38,816 bases of DNA from Tubiluchus corallicola (GCA_030141605.1 JAQGDQ010001479.1:1-38816); one strand, 5' to 3'. Shown: positions 22,633-35,145, counted from the stretch's first letter. A program made the numbers and translations. Notes: generated by a model not told the origin, from the letters alone.

Positions 22633-25210
22633 AGTAAAGAGAACCTGTTAAATTATGCTAAGAGCAGTAGATTATGATAAATAATTATGTTGATAGCTGC
22701 TGGTATGATGAAGCCAGTTAAGGAGTGGTGTCACGTGATTACGTGATCCAAGGATTGAGGCAGCGCGCTCGATATATAAGGTGTGCGGGGGCCTCCAGCT
22801 CGAGAATTCAGTCTCAGATTACGTCCGAGAGCCGGAGCGTGCAGACAGCCGTTAGCTCAGGGGCCTTTGGCATTGCTATATATTATATTTATTGTGCCTG
22901 ATGTTTAATAAACGTGTCACTTTATAATCAGACTCTTCATAGTTTTGCTATTCCTCACGCATCAATAAGCAGCTACACACAACCAATACAATGCACTATC
23001 CACAATACAACCAAATTAGTATTACTGGTACAGTGACCAGTTGCTCTATTGGACAAAGATTCTCGAAACCTGGCTTCATTGCTGGCTGTTTATTGATGGT
23101 TAAACTGATCTCCAACACTGAAGTACCGACTGACTCGCTGCTTTAAATTTTTCCTGTTAACCTTATTGCTAACCTCCTTATCTATTTCTCGTTCATGACA
23201 AACAAACTCTATCCCTAATTCGGTTAATTTTAAGACGGCCCAGGCGTGATTTTTAAGCAAAAATTGAATTGGCCAGTTTCAAATGCACGTTGGTTATTGA
23301 TAGCGCCAATTAAATTAGATCATATCCAAAGCTTCTTAACAAGAACGCTCCATGAGATTCATCAACTGAAACTAATTTAAAAAAAACTGTTACGATAATT
23401 AAAGCATTTAAAGTCGCCATTAAAAATACGTCTAAATTCAATTCGAAATTTAATAGCAGCTAATAGTAATAATGATATCCGTACCAAACGTAGTCTTTTT
23501 CCTAACATTGGTAAAGCCTTTAAATTTCTTGTCGGTTCGTGCATCGCTAACAGCATATATGTTTATAGCTATTATTATTATTTTTATAATCATTTACGTT
23601 AGCTAGCTTAGCCACCACTGCAAAGGACATATTGATTTAAGAAGAAGCCACACTTCTGCTTGATTCTTGCTTGACTTTTAAGCAGTTACATTAGCAATGT
23701 GTATATAACTTTGAAAATTTCTTGAACTTGTGTGCTAAAGTACTTTAACTATTATATTGTTTAATGATTCCTTATGAAGTTGAACAGCCAGTTATTAGTG
23801 ACCCATTATACACGGAAGCCACCATATTGTAAGAGCTATCATTACGTCGAACATATATCAAGCTATTACATTCTGCTAAGACTATCGCATACTAGACATT
23901 TTCAGGGATATACTTTAAACGCTCTTAACTCTAAACCATATTTTGATGGCTACCTAACTCTGCATACAGCCAGTCAACAACATTTCGAACAAAAGTGGAA
24001 CTTCAGTCAATCTAACCAAAGGATATTACATACTACAAACTTTTTTAACTCCACGTGTTGTCGAAAATTATTACGAACAACTAATAGTCGGTGCACACTC
24101 CTGGGTTGATACAACTTAGAAGCATGCAGTTTAGAAGCATGCAACGACAGCAGTGCACCGTCTGTGCAGCCCCCACAACTACAATTCCATTTAGTTGACA
24201 ACGAAGCACCTCAAGTTCAACAAAGGGAGGAGACTCATTGAGGAATTATGAACTAAACTGAACCGTGAAATGTGAATTGAACTGAACTCATTGAATTGTG
24301 AAAAAAATGTTTTGAATAAAAATGTTTAAAGGTTCGAACCAAGTGCACATAGATACTCAAATTGTGCATATAAGTGGTTAAACTGAATTTTGTTGTTTGC
24401 TTGTAGACAATAAGACGTGTGAATTAATATGCTAATGAGATATTGCAAACATTTTACCCTTTGTTGAAGCCTATGCATAACTGTTATGATAAGTGGTAGT
24501 AATTGCTTCAACACGTATAATATTTCCACACATATTTTAATACGTATTATATTTCGTAATTTATAATCCTTTAACAGAATTAATATTTTGAGATTGGCAT
24601 AGCCAATATGCTTTAGTTTAGAGACTATATTATATTCGTGAGTGACTTATAACAGCCAATGCTGTGTATTTAAATGTATATGATCACCATGTTAACTATT
24701 GAATGTTTACTCTGAATATTTAATTTTGTCAACAAACAATGTTGTGATCTACTGTATAATGTAGACTTAAAGTAGCCAGCCCCAAGATGATAAAGTCTTT
24801 GTTAGGAAGAGAAGCATAAAGAGAACCTGTTAAATTATGCTAAGAGCAGTAGATTATGATAAATAATTATGTTGATAGCTGCTGGTATGATGAAGCCAGT
24901 TAAGGAGTGGTGTCACGTGATTACGTGATCCAAGGAAATGAGGCATTTGCCAGCGCGCTCGATATATAAGGTGTGTGGGGCCTCCAGCTGGAGAATTCAG
25001 TCTCAGATTACGTCCGGGAGCCGGAGCGTACAGACCGTTAGATCAGGGCCATTGGCATTGCTGTATATTATATTTATTGTGTTGATGTTTAATAAACGTG
25101 TCATTTTATAATCAGACTCTTCATAGTTTTGCTATTCCTCAAGCATCAATAAGCAACTACACACAACCAATACAACGCACTATCCACTATACAACCAAAT
25201 TAATTTTACT
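22633..25210 (+). mobile_element. Non-autonomous env-bearing LTR element of family A (LTRs 22633-23026 and 24816-25210)
   Basis: Two ~395-bp LTRs with AGT...ACT termini (the G is missing in the 3' LTR). TSD TGGTA at 22628-22632 and 25211-25215. PBS-like TGGTACAGTGACCAG from 23026 and PPT AGGAAGAGAAG at 24804-24814. The interrupted gag resumes after it. Confidence 0.92.
23118..23663 (+). pseudogene. env: Degenerate env of baculovirus-F/errantivirus type, ectodomain largely deleted
   Basis: Signal-like KYRLTRCFKFFLLTLLLTSLS and F2-like GVIFKQKLNWPVSNARWLLIAPIKL. Furin site RTKR (23480-23491) is followed by the fusion peptide SLFPNIGKAFKFLVG. A TM-like YMFIAIIIIFIIIYV follows in another frame. 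Stops and frameshifts are present. Confidence 0.8.
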
Positions 25211-27167
25211 TGGTAGCCAGTGCTAGTGATGCTAAACCAGTTCATAAAATACAGTATGCTAAATCGACTGCACATAAACGTACTGATCACAAAACTATTA
25301 ACCCGCAATGTTGACAACAACGCAGTAAGACTGTGATGCAGCAAAAGGATTCGGTTAAATTCACTCCAGCATCTGAGCAACGTAATAGTTGTGGTGCAGT
25401 CCTGCATGGGGTAAGCAGTGTCATAATATTTTGTGAAAGAAATACAGATGTTCATGTAGAACACTGAACCGTGTAATAGGTGTGGATGATGAATCACATG
25501 CATGGACCCTTGGCAAATGCACCTGGCTCCACTCATGCGAGTTTGGCTTGTTGGATGGGTTTGAAAATGTCAATTCTTAGTTATTTTTATGTTGGTATTT
25601 AAATCACAATGTAGTTCTGTAAAATCTTTTCTGTTAGCTGTTGCTGATAGTTATTAGTCACCACTTGCTGGTCATTAAGTTTCTAAATATTTTTTACCTG
25701 TATTACAAGGTTTTTCTACATTTATAGTCTGATGTTTGGATTACAAGTCACAGTAATTGTGTTGCAAAGGATATTCTTGATTACTGTCGTAAGTGTGACC
25801 GAAGCCACTTTAACTCACACAGAACAAAACTAAAGTCGGCCCAATGGCATATGTTTCGTTCTGTAGCACTGTGTCAAATTTCCTGCTGGATCGGTGACTT
25901 CATAGTAAATTCTCTTAGATTTGACTAAATTTTATTTGAGCATACCTAAAGTTTGATATATATAAGCTAAATATAAACACATCAGTCAAACATTTTCAAT
26001 TTTGTTCAACATGTCAGATATATGCGACCGATAGCCTACAGTTTTTGAACCATAGTTGAACATGTTCAACCTTTAAGATGTATAAAAATCTGAGGAAACA
26101 CACTATGGAAGTTAGACAGTTTCTGGGGATGTTATGGATTTGATTGTGGCCCACTATTCGTGATTCATCATTCTACAACAGAAGAAGCTGTGGCATATAG
26201 ATGCTTCACAACAAGCAAGCAAGGAGGCAATCACAGGCAATGCTTTCACTTAGCCTAAATATCTGATGATTTATGAACTTGGCAGAACTGTACAAACAGA
26301 AACGTTTCAAATACAAAAGAAAAATGTTCCATGATAAAAAGGGAAACAGTCTAGATCCAGCCTTTTATACAAAATTATGTCTCTGAGGAACATTATGTCG
26401 ACTGAAGGAAGTTGAAACAGTCCTTGCCTAATTTCATGTCAGATTATACGGCATTACCAGAAGAATTTTGGACACGTAGGTGGACAGCATGTCAGATCAC
26501 TTACTCGACCACTATACTAGATTATTTGCACGAGAGTTACTGCATGAGCAATATCGTATGAATGCACACACTCCAGGCTTCGTGTGGACGTCATTCCTGT
26601 AGAATGAAAGACTTTCAGATCTACCAGAAGAACGGTCAGAAGACTCCTATTTGCTTGGCCTAGGCTGAACATCTGCACAATTTCGGAACTATCAAAACCC
26701 CTTTGCATGAAGAAGAGTCTTGATTTTTTATTTACGTGAAAAACAGGTGTATCCTCAGGCAACTAAAAGGTCATAAAGGGTAAAATAAATGACTTTATAG
26801 GGGAGCATAGGCCCAGCCGTTCCAGCTACCAGAACGTACGAATACTTTGCTTGGCAAGAAGCCAAAGAAGCATACTGCATGCTGAGTAATTAAAGGAAAA
26901 ATAAAGATACTTCCTGCTGAGAAACTGCCCGACAAACATTCAAGTACAACTTTTACAATGTTCAAAGGGCCATGGCACGTAGATGGGCATCACGGCTGTT
27001 TAGCTTGCAAGCTATCACGTGATTACATTCATGCCTGTTTACCAAATTAGTTCATGCTTACTGTTTTTGCCATTACGGTGTCTAAAATTTCTGTGTTTTG
27101 TCTCATCAGTTAGCAAATTACAACCGAGTCTTTACTGGGACTTGTCACAGAAAATTTTAAAGCAGTC

Positions 27168-27490
27168 ATAGCTAAATATTGCTTGGCTTATAATCGCAAC
27201 AACACTTCAAATGTATATTTCACCAGTTGACAATTTAGAAACCCAGAGTTTTGAGAAAATGGTTAACAAATATTGGAAGGCGAGACTAGAAGTGAACAGA
27301 ACGCAGAACCTCTTCTCATCTCATCAAAGATTGTTATAAGGAAAGTTTATATCACAACTGGAAAGGTTTAGAGCTGAAGATTGAAGGAAAGATTGAAAGA
27401 TGATGCAGTTCCAACAGCATTTAGCCAAAGACGTCAGATTGAGAGACGCTATCACACAGAAGAATGCATAAAAGAAAAGGAAAGAAGAGG
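27168..27490 (+). pseudogene. Degenerate THAP zinc-finger domain, probably from a DNA transposon
   Basis: Reads (M>I)AKYCLAYN(C>R)NN ... RKWLTNIGRRD ... RLKDDAVPTAF (AVPT box). It is frameshifted, with a possible donor GAG|GTGAGA at 27490. Confidence 0.75.
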
Positions 27491-28284
27491 TGAGAATTAC
27501 TTCTTGCTAGAAATTAGGTCCCTGTACAAATAATTTACCCCTCCAATGTAAACCAAGATTGGAAGTGATTCACCCCTATCTAGTAATAAGACAGGCCTCC
27601 AAATTGCAATATGAAATGCAAGAGAGACCAGATAAGAAATTCTTTCCAGCATAGGTGGATTGGATAAGAAATGTGAGTCAGAAGGTCCGGTGACATCCTG
27701 GACTGACGACCGTACCAGTGGTGCAACCGACCGCGACACACTACCATGGCACTTAGAGGAAAAAAGAAAAAAGCCACAAACTCGCTGGATTGAAAAGTCA
27801 TAAGTAATGTAAGTAATTCTGTTCAGTTGTAAGTCATCTCGGAACCTAAAGCATTAATACCCACAAATTATTGTAATCAAGGGCAATGCAATAGTGCGGG
27901 AATGAGCAGCTTAGTTTGTCATACCATCAATGTCTGTACCACCTAATGGCCAGTAACTTTCTTTTGTTACTTCTTTACATAATTTCTTTACATAATCTTA
28001 GCGCTTTTATTATTGTCTTTGACTGCTGATGCAACAATGATGGACCTGGTTATGATAGGAGACGATCTTGTGGATTACTAGTGGTCTATAAAGATATATT
28101 TATGTCACCTTCATATTTGAGTAAGCCTTTTTAACACAGAATATACTCTTATCACTTGAAGAATTTTATAATTATAATTTATCAGTTGAGGAGTGATAAT
28201 TTGTCACTATTTCACATTCGCTGCGCTTATTTCTTAGAGTATTTTTCCTGTATCTGTTTGAAATGGTGTTCCACAGCATATGTT

Positions 28285-28390
28285 ATCTAGTGAGTCTGTG
28301 AGAAACCTCGGCACTACATTTGGTACGCACATGGATCTAAAACTGACAATCTGTTTACACCATGGTAACTGCCTGGCTTATGGCCTTTGG
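28285..28390 (+). mobile_element. Small L2-like LINE fragment
   Basis: SESVRNLGTTF and HGNCLAYGL resemble the L2 motifs SVRNLGVIFD and DYCNSLLYGL. Confidence 0.45.
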
Positions 28391-29394
28391 AAAAAGAGGA
28401 CAAGTCAATGAGGAATTCATTATTCACAGACTGACTCGTATTGCGAGTATCATGGTGGGGCCTGCTTCAGATACATGAAGATTTTATTAGTCGGGTTGTG
28501 ATAGCTAAAGTTTGCTACCAGTCATCAAAACTTCACCCCATCTGTGGTGCTTTCAATGAACATTTCTTTGCAGCAATTTCACAATAATGCAGTGAAATCG
28601 GTTGCTATTAAAACAAATGAATTCCTGAGAACAACTACGGACATGTTTTTCTGAACCATCATCCACTCAAACAATCACTGCAATCTTAGCAATAGCAAAC
28701 GTTAAAATGTTAGCCTAGTCATATACACGTTACAACTGTGTCAGCACAAGTACGTGGTTTCCTCAATTATAATCATACTTGTGACATCAAACATTAACAA
28801 TACCTGCACACATGGCGTTAATTTGTCATCAAACTTTGAACACAGACAGATTTAAGAAACTTGCAGACACAATTTTACACTTTGCATGAGACCAAAGGCA
28901 ATAAAGTATCAGTGTTAGCTATGGCAAGAATGAGTAGCCTGGCAACAATCATCTCGAGGAACATTGCAATAAACAGTAATGTTGCCACGTTTTTGCTCTA
29001 TCAAAAGAAACCATTACATATTAACTCTTAAGACAAATTTAAATTACAGCATCTTCCATAATACAGGCTTCGGCTGACAACGGATACCAATTCAAGTTTG
29101 AATTATTTGCTGAAGCATCATCAGCAAAGCAATGGCAAAATTGTAAAACAAAAAAACAGTAGAAAGGAATGCGAAGGACTTCAATCCACATGAAGGTGAC
29201 ATTCATATGACAGCAGTATGGGTGTTTATGATGGACCTTAAATTTGACTTATTATTCATAAAGTCTAGAGTTCAAAAGTTTTGAAAAATACTGATATAAA
29301 TGTCTCTTATTATATTATTCATGTCTCTCGTATGTAACAGATGTAGGAGGCATTACTTCTTCCTCCAAGCAAGAAGACTGTGCAAACAGTTCAA

Positions 29395-30345
29395 CTTAAC
29401 TGATTACCTCAATAAGCACTTTTAATCACGTGTTTACACAAGGAAAAAAGGGATAAAAAACAATTTCCTGCCATGCAATGGTTCACACTCTTTCATTAGT
29501 GAACACACTTGATCATGTTTACACCAGGAAAAGAAGGAGATTACGGGAAAAACAGCTCAACACAACTTATTACATCAATAAGTACTCTCAATCACAAGAA
29601 AAAATGGGGATAATGGAAAAACAATTTACTGTCATGTAGTGGTTCACACGCTTCTGTCAGTGAGCACACTTAAGTTTACACCAGTCAAAGGAGGAAATAA
29701 TGGAAAGACAATTTACTGCCATGTAGTGGTTCACACTCTTGCATTAGTGAGCACACTTAATCACGTGTTCACCCCAGGCAAAAAAGGTGATAATAAGAAG
29801 ACTATCTGGTGTTACCTAACAGTTCACACTCTTCCATTGGTGAGCACACAATCATGTTTCCACCAGGAAAATAAGGGGACAATGGAAAGACAATTTACTG
29901 CAATGCAGTGGTTCACACTCTTCTGTCAGTGTGCACACTTGATCATATTTACACCAGGAAAAGAAGGGGATAATTCAAAGACAATTTCCTACCATTTAGT
30001 GGTTCGCGCTCTTCCATTAGTGAGCACACTTAATTTACGTTTACACTAGGAAAAGGAGGAAATAACGGAAAGACAATTTACTGCCATGTAGTGGTTCACA
30101 CTCTTCCATTGGTGAGCACACTTGATCATATTTACACCAGGAAAAGATGGAGATAATTTAAAGACAATTTCCTACCAAGTAATGGTTCACACGCTTCTGT
30201 CGGTGAGCACACTTGATCATGTTTACACCAGGAAAAGATGGAGATAATTTAAAGACAATTTCCTGCCCGCGTAGTGGTTCACATTCTTCTGTCAGTGAGC
30301 ACACTTAATTATGTTTACACCAGGAAAAGGAGGTCATAATGGAGA
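29395..30345. repeat. ~91-bp diverged minisatellite, about 10 copies
   Basis: TTTACACCAGGAAAAG...GACAATTT...GGTTCACAC...GTGAGCACACTT recurs, e.g. at 30131, 30222 and 30314. Confidence 0.93.
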
Positions 30346-31920
30346 GTCATAAGTCATTTATTTCACATTACACATTTACAATAGTTTCATGTACAATATA
30401 TAGTGAAAGGGCCAACAATGAACAAAATACAAATAAGCTTTTATTGTTTCTGCACAAGAAAAGCCTCACACACTGTTCACCCATATACAAATGTAAATGT
30501 GTTGCGGGCAATCAAAAAGCAGGGCTTGTTAGATTGTCCCACACAGTGAAAGAAAAAAAGTAATGGAAATAATTAGAAAATTTAAAGTGAATCGTATGAT
30601 AAAGAAAACATTTAGTGCTTAAAATGGAATGATGTAACGAATAAAGCTCATATATGAGATGATATAAAAGATAGAAAGACTATTATTTGTTAATAGTATG
30701 TAAAATTAAGATTACTTGATTAAGATAACACCACTGTTTTGTCACCACTGTGAGAATGGATACTGATAGAAGTTTTGATTACTCACTGATACTTACTTAA
30801 AATTTGAATTTTTAGCATTTTTTAAATCTAGTAATAGATCTGCTATTTTTTGCAGATTGACAAATCTCATTCCAGACTTTTGGTCCTTGATATATTATAA
30901 AATGTTTGGCTATGTTGGTTCTACAGAAAGGCACAATGTATTGATTAAATCTTGTATTATGTCTCTTAGATGTCAATTTGACAGGAATTGCAAAAAACTT
31001 AAGACATAGTCGATTATTGCATTTATACATAAACACTGCAATATTCAATTTCATTTAATCATCTGATTGCATAATGCTACATTCACGGTAATGAAGTAAA
31101 GGTACTTTACTACGTTTCATTAGGCAATACATTAACCTTACAAATTTTCGTTCCAACATTTTTAAGCATTTCAGTTTAGATGGATATGTGGGGCCCCAAA
31201 TTATGCTGCAGTAATTAAGATAAGGTAAAACCAGACTATTATACAAAATTAGTAAGTGTTCTTTCGAAAGACTGTGTTTGATGTGAGTCATCATGCCTAT
31301 ATTTTTAGCAATCTTGAGTCTGATGTAAGAGATATGTGATTGCCAGTCATGTGTTCATATATGACAATACCTAAGAATTTAATTTGTTTTACTTGTTGAA
31401 TATTACTATTGTCAGTTTGTAATGTCAAATTTGGCATTCTCTAGTTTCTTGATCTAAAAACTGCAAATTTAGTTTTGGAAGCATTTAGCGATAATTTATT
31501 ACTCCTAAACCAGTAATATTAAACTGGTGTCATCAACGAACTGCAGGGTTTTTCCCTTATTAATACAATGTTTTATATCATTGATGTACACAAGAAACAA
31601 GAGTGGGCCAAGTATCGACCCTTGTGGAACACCACAAGATATTAATTTTGAATTAGATATATAGTTATTATACTTTACTGCTTGTAACCTGCCAGATAGG
31701 TAACTTACAAACCAATTATTTGCAACACCTCTTATTCCATAGTGGCATAATTTGTTAATTAAAATTTTATGATCAACAGTGTCAAAAGCTTTTGACAAAT
31801 CACAGAATATACTCACAGATAACTTATTATCTTCAATATCTCTAATTGTGTTGGTCAGCATATCAATTAAAGCCATTTCTGTAGTACTGCCGCCTTTACG
31901 AAATCCATACTGTGCGTCAT
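30345..31920 (-). mobile_element. 5'-truncated CR1/L2-group LINE (RT domain to 3' tail), degenerate
   Basis: RT motifs QYGFRKG, DLSKAFDTVDHKIL, GVPQGSILGPLLFLVYIND and FVDDT. These are followed by LYNSLVLPYLNYCSIIWG and YQGPKVWN..FKK. The 3' end reads GAAATAAATGACTTATGAC. Confidence 0.95.
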
Positions 31921-33031
31921 TACAACATGGTCCGGATACAACATGGCAGCAAGACCGATCGCTCCACACGATCGATTTACTGGTACCACAACAAATACCA
32001 AGAACATCTACTTAGGTGAAGGACCTTTTACCTGCCAAGCACGAAGACCCTGTTAACTGGGATAGTTGGGATATGTATCAGCAAAAACAATTTAAGCATA
32101 TCTCATGGAAAGTTAACAATGTCCGTTTGTATATCCGAAACATCCCGACTCAAGGTCCGAATACAACATGGCAGCAAGACCAATTGCTCCCTATTTACTG
32201 GTACCATGACAAATACCAAGAACATCTACTTTGGCGAAGGACCTTTTTACCTGCCAAGCACGAAGACCCTGTTAACTGGGATAGTTGGGCTATGTATCAG
32301 CAAAAACAATTTAAGCATATCTCATGGAAAGTTAACAATGTCCGTTTGTATATCCGAAACATCCCGACTCAAGGTCCGAATACAACATGGCAGCAAGACC
32401 AATTGCTCCCTATTTACTGGTACCATGACAAATACCAAGAACATCTACTTTGGCGAAGGACCTTTTTACCTGCCAAGCACGAAGACCCTGTTAACTGGGA
32501 TAGTTGGGCTATGTATCAGCAAAAACAATTTAAGCATATCTCATGGAAAGTTAACAATGTCCGTTTGTATATCCGAAACATCCCGACTCAAGGTCCGAAT
32601 ACAACATGGCAGCAAGACCAATTGCTCCCTATTTACTTGTACCATGACAAATACCAAGAACATCTACTTTGGCGAAGGACCTTTTTACCTGCCAAGCACG
32701 AAGACCCTGTTAACTGGGATAGTTGGGCTATGTATCAGCAAAAACAATTTAAGCATATCTCATGGAAAGTTAACAATGTCCGTTTGTATATCCGAAACAT
32801 CCCGACTCAAGGTCCGAATACAACATGGCAGCAAGACCAATTGCTCCCTATTTACTGGTACCATGACAAATACCAAGAACATCTACTTTGGCGAAGGACC
32901 TTTTTACCTGCCAAGCACGAAGACCCTGTTAACTGGGATAGTTGGGCTATGTATCAGCAAAAACAATTTAAGCATATCTCATGGAAAGTTAACAATGTCC
33001 GTTTGTATATCCGAAACGTCCTGACTCAAGC
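31921..33031 (+). repeat. 219-bp tandem array, about 5 near-identical copies, open in two forward frames
   Basis: CTGCCAAGCACG occurs at 32032, 32251, 32470, 32689 and 32908. ORFs 32016-33137 and 32119-33024 consist of 73-aa repeats. Confidence 0.95.
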
Positions 33032-33104
33032 AACGGGTTTTCTACAAATTATGGACAACGATATAGTTTGGATGAGTTACGCCTCTGAAACAATGGCGAT
33101 GTGC

Positions 33105-33652
33105 ATTGTTTTTCACATCTTGTGGGACAACTGCTGACTCATTGTTATAAAAGACATTGTTTTTTACGTGTTATTGTGGGACAACTGCTACCTCATTGTT
33201 ATTAAGGTACATTGTTTTTCACGTGTTATTGTAGGACAACTGCTGCCTCATTGTTATAAAGGTACATTGTTTTTTCACATGTTATTGTGGGACAAGTGCT
33301 ACCTCATTGTTATTAAGGTACATTGTTTTTCACGTGTTATTGTGGGACAACTGCTACCTAATTGTTATAAAGGTACATTGTTTTTTACGTGTTATTGTGG
33401 GACAACTGCTACCTCATTGTTATAAAGGTATATTGTTTTTTCAAATGTCATTGTGGGACAACTGCTACTTCATTGTTATAAAGGTAAATTGTTTTTTCAC
33501 ATGTTATTGTGGGACAACTGCTACCTCATTGTTATAAAGTTATATTGTTTTTTCACATGTTATTGTGGGACAACTGCTACCTCATTGTTATAAAGGTACA
33601 TTGTTTTTTCACATGTCATTGTGGGACAACTGCTACCTCATTGTTGTAAGGG
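33105..33652. repeat. ~55-bp minisatellite, about 10 copies
   Basis: Unit TGTGGGACAACTGCTACCTCATTGTTATAAAGGTACATTGTTTTTTCACATGTTAT, at 33121, 33175, 33230 and 33286. Confidence 0.95.
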
Positions 33653-33739
33653 CACATCTGCTGACAGATCCTACAATGAAGTTGTAATAAATGTTAATTC
33701 CCACATTCACGCACAAGATGAAAAGAAAATATCTTTCTG

Positions 33740-33815
33740 GCATCATAGGTGTTTTTGGAAAAATCCCCAAACTTTAATTACAGACAATGGAGTTCGCTTG
33801 AATAATGTAGGTATG
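33740..33815 (+). mobile_element. Possible LTR integrase fragment
   Basis: PQTLITDNG resembles the rve motif PxxIxSDNG, but the match is very short. Confidence 0.3.
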
Positions 33816-34329
33816 CAGAAACGTGCTAAGAGCATCCAATCAGCTAAAGGACTTTAACCTTTCAGTTTTGTAAATGGCAACTTTCTGTACTTTTTGTCAC
33901 GGATCAATTTCGGCCATTGCCTGACATAAGACAATATCCCAAAGGAGCTAAATAAGTAGAGATTCAGATTAACAAAGGAATGGTAATAATAATTAACTCT
34001 GGTTTAACCTATGGTTGCAGCTATAAATACAGTAGCACTAAGCTTAATTACGTCACTATGGTTACGAACCTCAGCAGTTGTGGGTCCATGACAGTTAGCG
34101 TCACTCGCAACATTGCAACTGTATAGTAGGCCTACAGCAACTGTAGTTGATAATCAATCCTGTTAAGTATGCCAAGGAAGAAAAAGAAATGAAAGATCAG
34201 CGTGGATCGGTGCTAGAGGAGCTGCCACCAGTTTCATCACGTGGTACGGAATCTAGCCAACGGTTAGCCAATGCGGGTTAACCATGTGATAGCCTGATTA
34301 AATATGCCTCACCTTTGGGATACAATGCC

Positions 34330-35145
34330 GCTGATAAATTGCGGGCATTTAGATTAGTAGACAGCTACCAAATAAGCTGATACCTAAATAAAACCAGTTG
34401 TTTTGGATAAAGCAGAGAATGAAATCTGTACAAAGCCAAAAGCAATTCAGCTCTCTAACATTCGTCATTGGTTTAGTGCTTTTCACACATTTACGTCTAT
34501 CTACATCAGAAAATTTGAAACCGGTTTGGACCTAATAAAATACGCATAAGCGCTAAGTCGCTGAAATTTGTTTTCCAGTTTGCCAGAGTTTACGATGTAG
34601 CGTTTCGTCACGCGAATCTGCAATGGTACATTCGGCCGTGGTGCACGAAAAGTCGTGACACAAACCTTTAAGCTTCGGCACATCCAGCAAAGTGCCTAAA
34701 AAACCTTTTCCAAAACCTTTTTACCAACATGCATCTTGACAACCTTTGTATTTTGTTGGAAATTCGCTGATACTGGGACATGTAGAGACGTCTCTTTCTC
34801 GTGAAAGCACTGTTGAAGAAAATCACACCACCTTAACTTGTCAAAAGTTAAAAGCAGCCAATGTTAATAGCACAAACAAAAACATCAGCTATAACGCCAA
34901 TAACATCAAATACACTGCAGGAATATTTGTTATAAAAGTGAAACAAGAGCTCCTAACTGATGGTTTTGCAAATGGTTTTAGAATAAGTTCATCAACTAAT
35001 GCACTACAACCTAAACTGAGTAGAAAACTCAAGTCAGCGTAAAATAATCCGGCAACCATTTCTGAGGAGACAGTAAAGAAAATGAGCAAGACTCATTTTA
35101 TGGCAAGCAAACTTTGACCATTCAGACTTGTACCATCTGGGTTTG
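34330..35145 (+). mobile_element. DIRS/Ngaro tyrosine-recombinase retrotransposon remnant (gag-like ORF and RT N-terminus)
   Basis: LSNIRHWFSAFHTFTSIYIRKFETGLDLIKYA..YDVAFR shows the W..AF..Y/YD..FR gag pattern. LLTDGFANGFRI..LKSA*NNP matches the GF..GF.I / NL.SA motifs that precede the RT. Confidence 0.7.

Larger units (their letters stand above)
21467..25430 (+). mobile_element. Ty3/Gypsy gag remnant in three pieces (21467-21603, 22348-22632, 25211-25430)
   Basis: The pieces read KKKAMLLHCAGEEVFEL..YAP / YAQQRNVEYKVFEFRQ..ESLAEFHARLKLLAKNCNF..KKAMV / MVASASDAKPVHKI..PAWGKQCHN (zinc knuckle). They join across two TSD-flanked insertions. Confidence 0.85.

Noticed and set aside
22629-23030. 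Solo LTR with a 4-bp TSD GGTA
   Set aside because: The right-hand GGTA is the PBS start. The interrupted gag resumes only after 25210, where the 5-bp TSD TGGTA lies.
31921-33031. Retrozyme (hammerhead tandem repeat)
   Set aside because: The size fits, but I found no CTGANGA core on either strand; the closest is CTGATAC.
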